Positions 9,334 to 18,234 of a DNA stretch of 64,000 nucleotides are shown in pieces; within the stretch, counting starts at the first letter, position 1, and each line of letters starts with the position of its first letter. The notes beneath the pieces were generated by a model. The model ran no database searches, had not been told where the DNA came from, and saw only the letters and a list, made by a program, of their open reading frames with translations. Source of the stretch: Thermodesulfobacteriota bacterium. GTDB taxonomy: Bacteria > Desulfobacterota_D > UBA1144 > Nemesobacterales > Mycalebacteriaceae. The stretch is from contig OZ245366.1 in NCBI GenBank assembly GCA_965226585.1, positions 672,001-736,000 on the forward strand. Reading direction: 5' to 3'. Position numbers and translations under genes: made by a program.

Positions 9334-9552
9334 TCTCCTTCCGTCATTCCGTGCTTGACACGGAAACCAGTATTCAACCGGTTAATTAATACTGGATTCC
9401 TGCTTCCGCAGGAATGACGGAGGAGTGTGTCATTCCGTGCTTGACACGGAAACCAGTATTCAACTGGTTAATTAATACTGGATTCCTGCTTCCGCAGGAA
9501 TGACGGAGGGGAGGGGGTGGAATGACGGAGGGGCGGGAGTGACGGGAAGGGG
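9334..9552 (+). repeat. Palindromic repeat cluster 3: units at 9343-9418 and 9429-9504 plus partial arms
   Basis: Two 76-bp units at an 86-bp period. Confidence 0.95.
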
Positions 9553-9561
9553 TTAATAGCC

Positions 9562-9590
9562 TTGACTATGGTTTTCTGCTGGATTAACAT
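9562..9590 (+). promoter_or_regulatory. Sigma70-type promoter, near-leaderless, for the 9600-10100 gene pair
   Basis: TTGACT-17 nt-TAACAT, ATG 9 nt after the -10 box. Confidence 0.55.
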
Positions 9591-9599
9591 TTTCCTGCT

Positions 9600-9806
9600 A
9601 TGAACAGGAATGTTCCACGGAATCAGGAAGAAACTACAAGGACTCTTGCCGCAGTTATTGGCGGCGCGTTGCTTGGGGTTGCGGTTGGCGGTCCCGTTGG
9701 CGCGGTTGTCGGCGGAGCTGTGGGTCTGATTGCGGGGCAGAAAACGAACAATTCATTAAGAAAGAAGAATGGTCACGACCGACCATCAGAAAAAACCAAG
9801 TTTTAG
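9600..9806 (+). CDS. Small glycine-zipper membrane protein
   Basis: AAVIGGALLGVAVGGPVGAVVGGAVGLIAG GxxxG repeats. Confidence 0.7.
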   Translation: MNRNVPRNQEETTRTLAAVIGGALLGVAVGGPVGAVVGGAVGLIAGQKTNNSLRKKNGHDRPSEKTKF

Positions 9807-9809
9807 AAT

Positions 9810-10100
9810 ATGAGCGGGATGTACATTCTTTATATTGCCACGGCAGTGTTGGGGCTTGTTCTTACAGGCTTTTACTTGTTACGTTGTCGCAAGTATAGCG
9901 TGAGTGTGAACGGTTCCGTGATTATCACTCTCTTCTTGCTTGCCGGTGGTTTACTGGGCGGTTTTGCTCTTATGGTAAGCCTCTTTCTCCCGGAAGTGCG
10001 GGACATTCCCAAGTTTGATGAATATGTCTTCATTGGCGGAATTTCTATGACAGTATATGTATCCAGCAAGATATACGGCATCCTCAAGTTTCTTCAGTAA
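9810..10100 (+). CDS. Small hypothetical 3-TM membrane protein
   Basis: 96 aa, three hydrophobic helices, 3 nt after the previous gene. Confidence 0.7.
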   Translation: MSGMYILYIATAVLGLVLTGFYLLRCRKYSVSVNGSVIITLFLLAGGLLGGFALMVSLFLPEVRDIPKFDEYVFIGGISMTVYVSSKIYGILKFLQ

Positions 10101-10110
10101 TCCTCTCTTT

Positions 10111-10452
10111 TTCCGTCATTCCGTGCCTGACACGGAAACCAGTATTCAACTGGTTAATCAATACTGGATTCCTGCTTCCGCAGGAATGACGGGGGAGTGT
10201 GTCATTCCGTGCCTGACACGGAAACCAGTATTCAACTGGTTAACCAATACTGGATTCCTGCTTCCGCAGGAATGACGGAGGAGTGTGTCATTCCGTGCCT
10301 GACACGGAATCCAGTATTCAACCGGTTAATTAATACTGGATTCCTGCTTCCGCAGGAATGACGGAGGAGTGTGTCATTCCGTGCCTGACACGGAAACCAG
10401 TATTCAACTGGTTAACCAATACTGGATTCCTGCTTCCGCAGGAATGACGGGA
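10111..10452 (+). repeat. Palindromic repeat cluster 4: units at 10115-10190, 10201-10276, 10287-10362 and 10373-10448
   Basis: Four tandem 76-bp units at an exact 86-bp period, linker GGRGGAGTGT. Confidence 0.97.
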
Positions 10453-10459
10453 AGGGTGC

Positions 10460-11581
10460 CTAGTCCGCAACCTTCCTGAACAATTCCGCGTATTTTCCCG
10501 TCATTTTCTCAATACTGAAAAAACTCTCGGCGCGGGTTGCGCCGGACTTTGCCATTACATTCGCAAGAACGGGGTTCTCTATCATTTTTAATATCGCCTC
10601 CGCCATCTTTTCCGCATCTCCCACGGGAACAAGCAAACCATTCTCGCCATCACGGATTATCTCACTTGCCGCAAATTTGTAGTCCGTTGAAATACACGGA
10701 ACCCCAAGACACTGCGCTTCAAGAAGCGTGTTCCCAAACCCCTCATAAACAGACGGCTGAACATATACGTCCGCAAGGGCGATTAACGGATACGGATTTA
10801 CCATCTCCCCCGCAAATATAATCGCGTCATCAATTCCCATGCCTCGCGCACGCTCCTCAAGCGAACCCCTTAACTTCCCGTCTCCCACAAGCAACAGACG
10901 CGCATCGCCGCCTTTTTCCGCCATGCTTTTTTTCACTAAGGAAAAAGCGTCTATTAAAGTGTCAAAACCCTTCTGCCTTACAAACCGCCCCACAGACACA
11001 ACTACGGGAATTCCCGCGCCCGTTTCCATATTCACGCGCTGTTTGCTTTTTTCCCTCGCCAGAGCCGTGTCCACGCCGTTGTGAATTACTTGGGGAACCA
11101 CACCCCCGTACACCTCAACACACTCTCCCGCCAAACCCTCTGATATGGCGGTGAAACTATCCGCCCTCTGCGCGAAAAAACGGTGAAGAAAAAACATCAA
11201 CCAATTGCGCTCCCTTAAAAAACCTATGTTGTTTCCCTCAGTCCATACGGTTTTAATCCCAAATATACGCCCGGCGACTGTGTTGAGTATTTTTGTCCAG
11301 TGCCTTGAATAAAGAACATCGGGCTTTTCTCTTATCACCGCCCGAAAAAACGCGCATGAACCCCACAAACGGGAAAGAAAATGGAATCGTTTTACAAAGG
11401 CGGGATAACAGGGGGTCAGCAATTTCACGCCGGAAGCAATTTCACCCTCAATTCCGCCGCCGCCCAAAGCGAACACAACACAGTCAAACTCCCCGCAAAG
11501 CCCGTTCGCAATGGCAACCGTCTGCCTCTGCGCGCCGGCGGTATTTAAGTTCGGCAAAGAAAAAAGGATTTTCTTTCTCAA
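10460..11581 (-). CDS. Glycosyltransferase family 4 (GT-B)
   Basis: AGAQRQ, SVGRFVRQKGF and EGFGNTLLEA motifs; start placed at TTG 11581 overlapping the upstream stop. Confidence 0.9.
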   Translation of the reverse strand: MRKKILFSLPNLNTAGAQRQTVAIANGLCGEFDCVVFALGGGGIEGEIASGVKLLTPCYPAFVKRFHFLSRLWGSCAFFRAVIREKPDVLYSRHWTKILNTVAGRIFGIKTVWTEGNNIGFLRERNWLMFFLHRFFAQRADSFTAISEGLAGECVEVYGGVVPQVIHNGVDTALAREKSKQRVNMETGAGIPVVVSVGRFVRQKGFDTLIDAFSLVKKSMAEKGGDARLLLVGDGKLRGSLEERARGMGIDDAIIFAGEMVNPYPLIALADVYVQPSVYEGFGNTLLEAQCLGVPCISTDYKFAASEIIRDGENGLLVPVGDAEKMAEAILKMIENPVLANVMAKSGATRAESFFSIEKMTGKYAELFRKVAD

Positions 11582-12786
11582 TCGTGCCTCAACGCCTCCA
11601 CGGGGTTGAGTTTTGCGGCTTTGCGGGCGGGGTATATGCCGAAACCCACACCAACTGCGGCGGAGAAAAGACACGCTATCGCTATCGCGCCGAAAGATAT
11701 CTCAACGGGCCAGCCCGTGAACAGAGACGATACTTTTGAAATCACCGCCCCAAGCACAATTCCCACCGCTCCGCCCGCAAGAGACAGCGAAAGAGACTCA
11801 ACAAGAAACTGCCTCAATATGTCGCTCTCCCTCGCGCCCACAGCCATTCTTATCCCTATCTCCTTTGTCCGCTCGCTGACGGAAACAAGCATTATGTTCA
11901 TAATCCCCACACCGCCGACTATCAGCGATATGGACGCGATGCTGATGAGCAAAATTCTCAATATCCGCGTTACAACGGCTATGCGCTCAAGGTTCTGAGC
12001 GTTGTTTCTGATAACAAAATCGTCTCTCTGCCCCGGCTCTATGCCGTGATTTCGTCTCATAAGAGACGCAATCTCAACAAATACCGTATCCATCATTTCA
12101 GAGTTTTTTACGGCAATCGAAATTTTTGATAGATGCTTTACCGAAAGAATCCGCTTTTGAACCGTTGAATACGGCATAAGAATTATGTCGTCCTGATCTG
12201 CCCCGCCCGGCTTTGCCCCCAGTTTCTGCATAACACCCGCAACCGTGCAGGTTACGCCGCTTATCCGTATCTTTCCGCCCGCCGCCGGAGACGCCCCGAA
12301 CAGTTTTTCCGCCACAGTTGCCCCGATAACACACACCGAACGCGAGTTCTCAATGTCATCCGCGCTGAAAAATGTTCCCGCGCCCGGAAACCAGTCGTTT
12401 ATGAAAGTGAACGAGCGCGAAACGCCTACAATCTCCGTTGCCCACTGGTTTTTGCCGTAGACCGCAAGACCCTTTGTTCTGATAATCTCGGAAACAAACT
12501 CAACATCGGGCATTTCCCTTATGGAATTCGCGTCTTTAACCGTGAGGGGTTTGCCGCCGGCAAGGTTGAGAAGCCCGCCGCCCGTGCGCAAGGGGCTTAT
12601 TATCATCGCCTTGCCGCCCAGCCGCTCGAACTGCTCGCCTATCATCCTGCTTGCCCCCTGTGTTGTGGACACAAGCGAAACAACCGCCGCCACTCCGATT
12701 ATTACTCCGAGAGAGGTCAGCATTGAACGCGCTTTGTTCGACATTATCGCCCGGTAGGCGACCGTCAGAGATCTGAAAGGTTGCAT
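11578..12786 (-). CDS. MacB/FtsX-family ABC transporter permease
   Basis: RSMLTSLGVIIGVAAV, GGVGIMNIMLVSVSERTKEIGIRMAVGA and YPARKAAKLNPVEALR. Confidence 0.95.
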   Translation of the reverse strand: MQPFRSLTVAYRAIMSNKARSMLTSLGVIIGVAAVVSLVSTTQGASRMIGEQFERLGGKAMIISPLRTGGGLLNLAGGKPLTVKDANSIREMPDVEFVSEIIRTKGLAVYGKNQWATEIVGVSRSFTFINDWFPGAGTFFSADDIENSRSVCVIGATVAEKLFGASPAAGGKIRISGVTCTVAGVMQKLGAKPGGADQDDIILMPYSTVQKRILSVKHLSKISIAVKNSEMMDTVFVEIASLMRRNHGIEPGQRDDFVIRNNAQNLERIAVVTRILRILLISIASISLIVGGVGIMNIMLVSVSERTKEIGIRMAVGARESDILRQFLVESLSLSLAGGAVGIVLGAVISKVSSLFTGWPVEISFGAIAIACLFSAAVGVGFGIYPARKAAKLNPVEALRHD

Positions 12787-12837
12787 GGCTCAGTTCTGAT
12801 TATAATACAAAAGCGGCGCGCGCGGACAGATTCCGCT

Positions 12838-14439
12838 CTAATCAAGACTGCGGTAGCGGGTTCTCTGAACCACGGCAACCACCGCGCACGGCACGGCAAC
12901 ACCGATGACCGAGACCGTTATGAGAAGCATTCCAAGTTCCGAGTAGTCTGCGTTTGTAATGACTTCCCCCGCCTTGTCTCTGATTTCGCGGGTAACGACA
13001 AAGATTTTGTTCATATACTCCGTTCCGAGGCTGTTTGCCGAAAGCGCGAGATTGGCAAAAGACGCGAACACGGCAAAAAAGGTTGCCTTGAGGTGGGCGG
13101 GGGCGTTTCTGGCTATCCACGCGAGCACCGGTATCAGGGCAACCTGCCCGAAAGGAGACGCAAGAGCGGTGTTCACTATCGCGATAAATCTGGCGTCCAC
13201 AATTCCGCTCGTGTGCGCCGCAGTCCACTCGTGAACGCCATAGTAAAGCCCTATTCCGGGAAGAGACATAACCCCCCATATCACAGACAGAAACACAACT
13301 ATGCGGGCTATGCTTGACCTGCTCATAAACGGCAGGAAAAACACAATTCCCGCAAGCGTTAGCACTGAGGTTATGATTGAAAGGTAAGACAGAAACTGTT
13401 CGTCAAAACCCAGAAGGTCTATCTGAAACCACGCATCTCCCGGTCCCACGCCCGGAACCGCGCTGAATATGAATATAACAATGGACGTGCCGATGAGTTT
13501 TTTGCGCGAACTTTCTGGCACTTCGTCAAGGAGTTTCCGCATAAGGAATACGAGAATTCCCATTGAGCCGATAAACACCAGTTCTTTTGAATAATTGATG
13601 TCTGCAAGTCCCACGCCTATGCTGAACGCCATAAATCCGAGACTGCCGCCCAGAATCCACCAGTTGGGCGAAACGGGTTCGCTTTCGCGTTCGGGGCTTA
13701 TGTGTCCGGTTTTTTTGAGGATTTCCGCGAGCAGAACGCCCGCCACAGACACAATGGGAATGGCGAGCGCCATAAGGTAGATGTTTGCGTATATCCGCGC
13801 TTTTTCCTCGTCTCCCAGTTCGGCAACACCGTCAAACGCCACAACGTTGACAAGGGCGACAATTACTGTGCCTCCTATCACGGCAAATCTGCCGAGTGTT
13901 TGCATGGTTGTGTGCATTGCTTTGAGGGTTTGTTCGTCAATTTCTCCGCCGTCTTCCGCCGTTTCGGGAACCGCTTCAACGGTCATTGCGTCTGCCACAA
14001 CGTCTTGCAGAACGTAGCCAACGGGGCTTATCACCACGCTGATGACAAACCAGCTTGCCGCCGGCATGATGGACTCCATATATTCGCGGTGGGCTATCAG
14101 CCCGTAGATGATAAACAGACCGGCGGTGATAAATGCCGCGCCGACAAAAACCAGTATGTATTTGTACCGCCAGATGAGGTCAACGAGGTGGCCCATAGGC
14201 ATTTTCATAGCCCACGGAAGCCCCGCCCAGAAGCCCAGTCCGGCAAGGAAAGCGGCGGACAGGTCGAGGTAGTCTTTTATAAAGAAAGTGCCGACAATTC
14301 CCGTAAGCGCGGAAATGCCTGCGGCGAGATAGACCATTATGGGCGGTATGAAACTAAGGCGGAATTGTTTAAAGAAACCGGAAATACCGGGAACGCCTTT
14401 TGAGGTTTTAGGGGAAATGCTCAACTTGAGCGGCAACAT
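12838..14439 (-). CDS. BT1/folate-biopterin family MFS transporter (start uncertain)
   Basis: GLPWAMKMPMGHLVD, DVVADAMTVE and ATFFAVFASFANLA motifs; many TM helices. Confidence 0.75.
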   Translation of the reverse strand: MLPLKLSISPKTSKGVPGISGFFKQFRLSFIPPIMVYLAAGISALTGIVGTFFIKDYLDLSAAFLAGLGFWAGLPWAMKMPMGHLVDLIWRYKYILVFVGAAFITAGLFIIYGLIAHREYMESIMPAASWFVISVVISPVGYVLQDVVADAMTVEAVPETAEDGGEIDEQTLKAMHTTMQTLGRFAVIGGTVIVALVNVVAFDGVAELGDEEKARIYANIYLMALAIPIVSVAGVLLAEILKKTGHISPERESEPVSPNWWILGGSLGFMAFSIGVGLADINYSKELVFIGSMGILVFLMRKLLDEVPESSRKKLIGTSIVIFIFSAVPGVGPGDAWFQIDLLGFDEQFLSYLSIITSVLTLAGIVFFLPFMSRSSIARIVVFLSVIWGVMSLPGIGLYYGVHEWTAAHTSGIVDARFIAIVNTALASPFGQVALIPVLAWIARNAPAHLKATFFAVFASFANLALSANSLGTEYMNKIFVVTREIRDKAGEVITNADYSELGMLLITVSVIGVAVPCAVVAVVQRTRYRSLD

Positions 14440-14544
14440 TACACGGAGCGGCGGAATTTGTAAAACCTTGCCCCTGTCTCCACTCCCCAACCCTTGACCT
14501 AACCCCATTCTTGTCCATAGACTAAACACTTAAGACAGGCACAG

Positions 14545-14811
14545 ATGCTCAATGAGACAATAAATATGTGGATAAGAACAGGGGCGGATATACAGGTGCT
14601 TAACCCAGAGGCGGAGATTGAAGGAAGGCTTGAGAGGGATAATGTTCCCGTTGACGGCACAATGGACAGGGTGATGTTCACCTACGGCGCGGGTTTTGAA
14701 TACAGCCCTTACGAGAAGTTTAATGTGAGTTTTGAATATGGCGGCGGGGTGAGTTCTTCGGTTGATACTTTTGTTCAGCAGTTTAGAGGCGGAGTTAATT
14801 ACAGGTTTTAA
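14545..14811 (+). pseudogene. C-terminal beta-barrel remnant of an autotransporter paralogue
   Basis: 88 aa aligning with the last ~88 aa of 14839-18234 (INMWIRTGAD/VNMWMTAGAD; YGGGVSSSVDT/YSGGVSTTFDT); ends in VNYRF; in-frame TAG at 14518. Confidence 0.8.
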
Positions 14812-14838
14812 GACCCTCCCATTCGAGGATGTAGCATT

Positions 14839-17800
14839 GTGTCTAAAAACTTAGCCTTACTCACCCTGCTTTCTTTCTTATTCACATTTTCCGCGCCGCC
14901 CTCTTATGCGCAGGAACCAGGAGTCTGCTACTACCACATCATCAACCCCTACTCAACATCCCTCCCCAGCACCATAGAACCCATAATGTCGGCCGATTGC
15001 CCCAGAGCGGACGGAAACGCATACCTCACCATTTTTTCAATCGCCCCTAATGATCATTACATAAATTCAACTAATGCCGCTATTTCGTACTACCCCACCC
15101 AAGCGGGCGCAAATACAATCATTTACGTTGGAGGTTTCAATATCACAACGGTACAACCAGACGGAGAATCTATATTTATCAATACCCCGGGGAACGGCCT
15201 TTTAGATATCGCTGACAGCGTGTTTATCACCAAACGCGGAACCGGCGGAAATGTTGTTACCATCACAGCCGGAACGGGTGATGTGGATATAGACATTTAC
15301 AATCAATCAAAAGTTCAAATTGAATCAACCGGCGGCGGGAACGGAATTGTCGCGTCAAGCGAAAGCGGAAGAGTGCTTGCGGACTTCTCCAATCAGGGAA
15401 GAATCTATTCAGTCCAAGATGACGCGACCGGGTTTATCGCAACAACCAACGGCGGTGAAATCAGCGCGAATTTTGACGGTTTGTATTCAAGAATACTTAT
15501 GTACCCTGTAGGCAATCACGCGGGCTCATCAGACTCCAAAGGCGCGACATTCACAAGCACAAGCGGCGATATAAGTGTTTCGCTGACAAACTCCTCGGCA
15601 ATCCTAGCCCCGTCTCTGGGAGATTCCCACGGCTTGGAGGCGGTAACGGGAGGGGACGGCGACATAAACATACATTTGCAAAATGGAAACGCCTGCATAG
15701 TCGGCAGAGACGGGGTTAAAGCCACCACTGTTGACGGCGACATAAACATATATCTGTCAGACGCGCTTATTCGCGGCAGGGGCAGAACGGGTTTGTCTGC
15801 AACATCTACAAACGGAGATATTACAATCACGGGAGATGGCACGGGCAATATTGCCTCTGTTGCTGGTAACGGCGTTTATCTTGACACCGGCGGTGAGGCA
15901 AGCATCAGCAATATTGATATATGGACGCAAGGAGATGGCGGCACAACAATAGAATCGGCAAGCGGCTTGCATGTAGTATCGGGAAATATCTGGGCTAACG
16001 GTTCGGGCGGCAATACGGTGGAAGCGGGAACTGTGAATGTGTCGGGCGGAGATATTTTTACGACAGTCCATAACAGCAATGCGGTGGTTGCGCAGGCGGT
16101 GAATATATCGGGCGGAGGGATTTGGATGCTCAGAGGCGGTTCATCAGAGAGCATTTTCAGTACCGCTGTGCTTCTCAGAAACGAAGACGGGCAAGCGGAA
16201 TTGACGGTTGGAGGAAGCGCGATTGTGTGCGGCGGTGCGCTTTCGGGCATAATCTGCACGGCAAGCGACTATGGCTATGCCGTGCGTGTTGAGACCCCGG
16301 CGGCGACCTATGGCACAACGATAACAACCGAACCCACCGGCAATATAACGGGCAGAATTGGGCTTTCTAACAACAACGATGTTTTCTACAACAATGGCTC
16401 TTTCACCGGACACGGAAACACCAGAGGCGGTGATGACATGGTTGAAAACAAGGGAACTTTCACCCTCACCGGAGATTTTGAAATGGGTGAAGGCGATGAC
16501 ACTTTTGAAAACAAAGACAGCGGAATGGTAGTTTATGGCAACCACTCAATAATCGCAGAAACCAAGCCTGATCCACCCTCCACGCAACAATCCTCTCCTT
16601 CCCGTCATTCCGCATCTTCACCATCCCGTCATTCCGTGCTTGACACGGAATCCAGTATTCAACTGGGTTACCCAATACTGGATTCCTGCTTTCGCAGGAA
16701 TGACGGAGAGGGCAGGAATGGCGAGAGTGGGGAATGTCATTCCGTGCTTGACACGGAATCCAGTATTCAACTGGCTAATCAATACTGGATTCCTGCTTCC
16801 GCAGGAATGACGGAGAGGGCAGAAATGACGGAAGGGGCGGGAATGACGGAGGGGGCAGCAAGCGGCGACAGCCGTTTCCGCCTTTCCGCATCAGACCCCG
16901 CCCCTGACGACACAACCGCAACCATTAACTTCGGCGATGGCGATGACCATTTCATAAACAACGGCACAATCGTAATTCAAGATACAGGCGGATTTAACGG
17001 CTTGGAGAAAATAACCTTCGGCGAAAACTCAACCGTTATGGTTACCGCAGACTCTGCCAAAATGACGACAGACAAACCCCTCATAGAACTTGAAGGCGAG
17101 ATAACTGCGGAAGATGTTAAAGACCTAAACATAAAATTAGCCAACCCTGAAAGACATTCAGACGAATTTTCTTTATTCAGCGAAAACTCTTTGCCTGACG
17201 GTGAAGCCGAAAGACAGGCGGTATTGAGCATGATAAGCGGCGGTCTTGGTGAAGGCAGTAGCGCGGGAGTGGATTCAAACGGCAATATATTTGTTGTGCT
17301 TGCCAATTCCGTTCACTTTAACTACCTGAGAAATTATGACGCAATGATCCAATCCGCTTACCACTCAGACACAAGTTTCTCAGAAAAACTGCGCGGCAGT
17401 TGTTACGGCGGGGAAGCGGAGACACAACATTTAAGCGGCGGCTGTCTCTGGGCAGATGCGGGAAGCCGTCACACGAGACACGACACAAAGGTTAAATACG
17501 GAGAAGACGCCTATGTATTTGCCGGAGGTTTTTCCATCCCCGCAGGGCAGTCCGCCGTGTCAATCGGAGCGGGTTATGAAACATCAGACTTTAATGCCGG
17601 AACTGATACAAACGCGGCGGGTGAGCGTTTTATGGCAGGGTTATCAGTAGCAGGTGAGATTTGGAAAAGAATTATCGCAGACGCAAGAACACAATTTGCA
17701 AAAGCGGCATGGGAATCAACATCCGCAAGGGGAGAAGACACTTATTCCGCAAAGACGGATATAACAACATGGTCTGCCGCAATAGGGGCAGAGATGCCGT

Positions 17801-18234
17801 TTTTCCCCGGTGGTGTATTTATGGTGGTTCCGCGTCTTGAAGCGGGAGTAGCCCGTGTATCTGCGGACAGTTTCACCGAAACCGGCGGCGGAGATATGCC
17901 TCTTTCTGTTGAAGGATTATCACAAACATATTTGCGTGTAACTCCATCGGTAACTGCTTATGCTCCCGCAGGGGAAAGTGTGAATATGTGGATGACCGCC
18001 GGAGCGGATGCTCATTTAACAGACCCCAAGACAGACTTAAAAGCTACCTTTTCTCCTGATGACCCTGTAAATACAAAAGGCGGACTTGAACGCATAAACA
18101 TAAGATACAGCGCGGGGGCTGAGGTAAATCCGGTAAAAGGTGTAAGTGTGCGGGTGGCGTATAGCGGCGGGGTTTCCACTACCTTTGATACGCTTACGCA
18201 GACATTTACGGCAAGGTTCGGAGTGGCGTTTTAA
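14839..18234 (+). CDS. Autotransporter (type Va) outer-membrane protein
   Basis: Sec signal peptide, Gly/Asn/Thr-rich beta-helix repeats, GDDxFxNxG repeats, C-terminal barrel ending in F. Confidence 0.88.
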   Translation: MSKNLALLTLLSFLFTFSAPPSYAQEPGVCYYHIINPYSTSLPSTIEPIMSADCPRADGNAYLTIFSIAPNDHYINSTNAAISYYPTQAGANTIIYVGGFNITTVQPDGESIFINTPGNGLLDIADSVFITKRGTGGNVVTITAGTGDVDIDIYNQSKVQIESTGGGNGIVASSESGRVLADFSNQGRIYSVQDDATGFIATTNGGEISANFDGLYSRILMYPVGNHAGSSDSKGATFTSTSGDISVSLTNSSAILAPSLGDSHGLEAVTGGDGDINIHLQNGNACIVGRDGVKATTVDGDINIYLSDALIRGRGRTGLSATSTNGDITITGDGTGNIASVAGNGVYLDTGGEASISNIDIWTQGDGGTTIESASGLHVVSGNIWANGSGGNTVEAGTVNVSGGDIFTTVHNSNAVVAQAVNISGGGIWMLRGGSSESIFSTAVLLRNEDGQAELTVGGSAIVCGGALSGIICTASDYGYAVRVETPAATYGTTITTEPTGNITGRIGLSNNNDVFYNNGSFTGHGNTRGGDDMVENKGTFTLTGDFEMGEGDDTFENKDSGMVVYGNHSIIAETKPDPPSTQQSSPSRHSASSPSRHSVLDTESSIQLGYPILDSCFRRNDGEGRNGESGECHSVLDTESSIQLANQYWIPASAGMTERAEMTEGAGMTEGAASGDSRFRLSASDPAPDDTTATINFGDGDDHFINNGTIVIQDTGGFNGLEKITFGENSTVMVTADSAKMTTDKPLIELEGEITAEDVKDLNIKLANPERHSDEFSLFSENSLPDGEAERQAVLSMISGGLGEGSSAGVDSNGNIFVVLANSVHFNYLRNYDAMIQSAYHSDTSFSEKLRGSCYGGEAETQHLSGGCLWADAGSRHTRHDTKVKYGEDAYVFAGGFSIPAGQSAVSIGAGYETSDFNAGTDTNAAGERFMAGLSVAGEIWKRIIADARTQFAKAAWESTSARGEDTYSAKTDITTWSAAIGAEMPFFPGGVFMVVPRLEAGVARVSADSFTETGGGDMPLSVEGLSQTYLRVTPSVTAYAPAGESVNMWMTAGADAHLTDPKTDLKATFSPDDPVNTKGGLERINIRYSAGAEVNPVKGVSVRVAYSGGVSTTFDTLTQTFTARFGVAF
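16591..16857 (+). repeat. Palindromic repeat cluster 5, in frame inside the autotransporter: units at 16628-16704 (77 bp) and 16736-16811
   Basis: Translated as RHSVLDTESSIQLGYPILDSCFRRND...CHSVLDTESSIQLANQYWIPASAGMT. Confidence 0.95.

Noticed and set aside
10115..10448. Regularly spaced repeats as a CRISPR or guide-RNA array
   Set aside because: Units are 76 bp, linkers and loops are nearly invariant (no unique spacers), and no cas genes are present.
14522..14540. CTAAACACTTAAGACAGGC at the autotransporter-stump junction as an IS terminal repeat
   Set aside because: Vague resemblance only; no partner end, target duplication or transposase visible. An ISfinder search would settle it.
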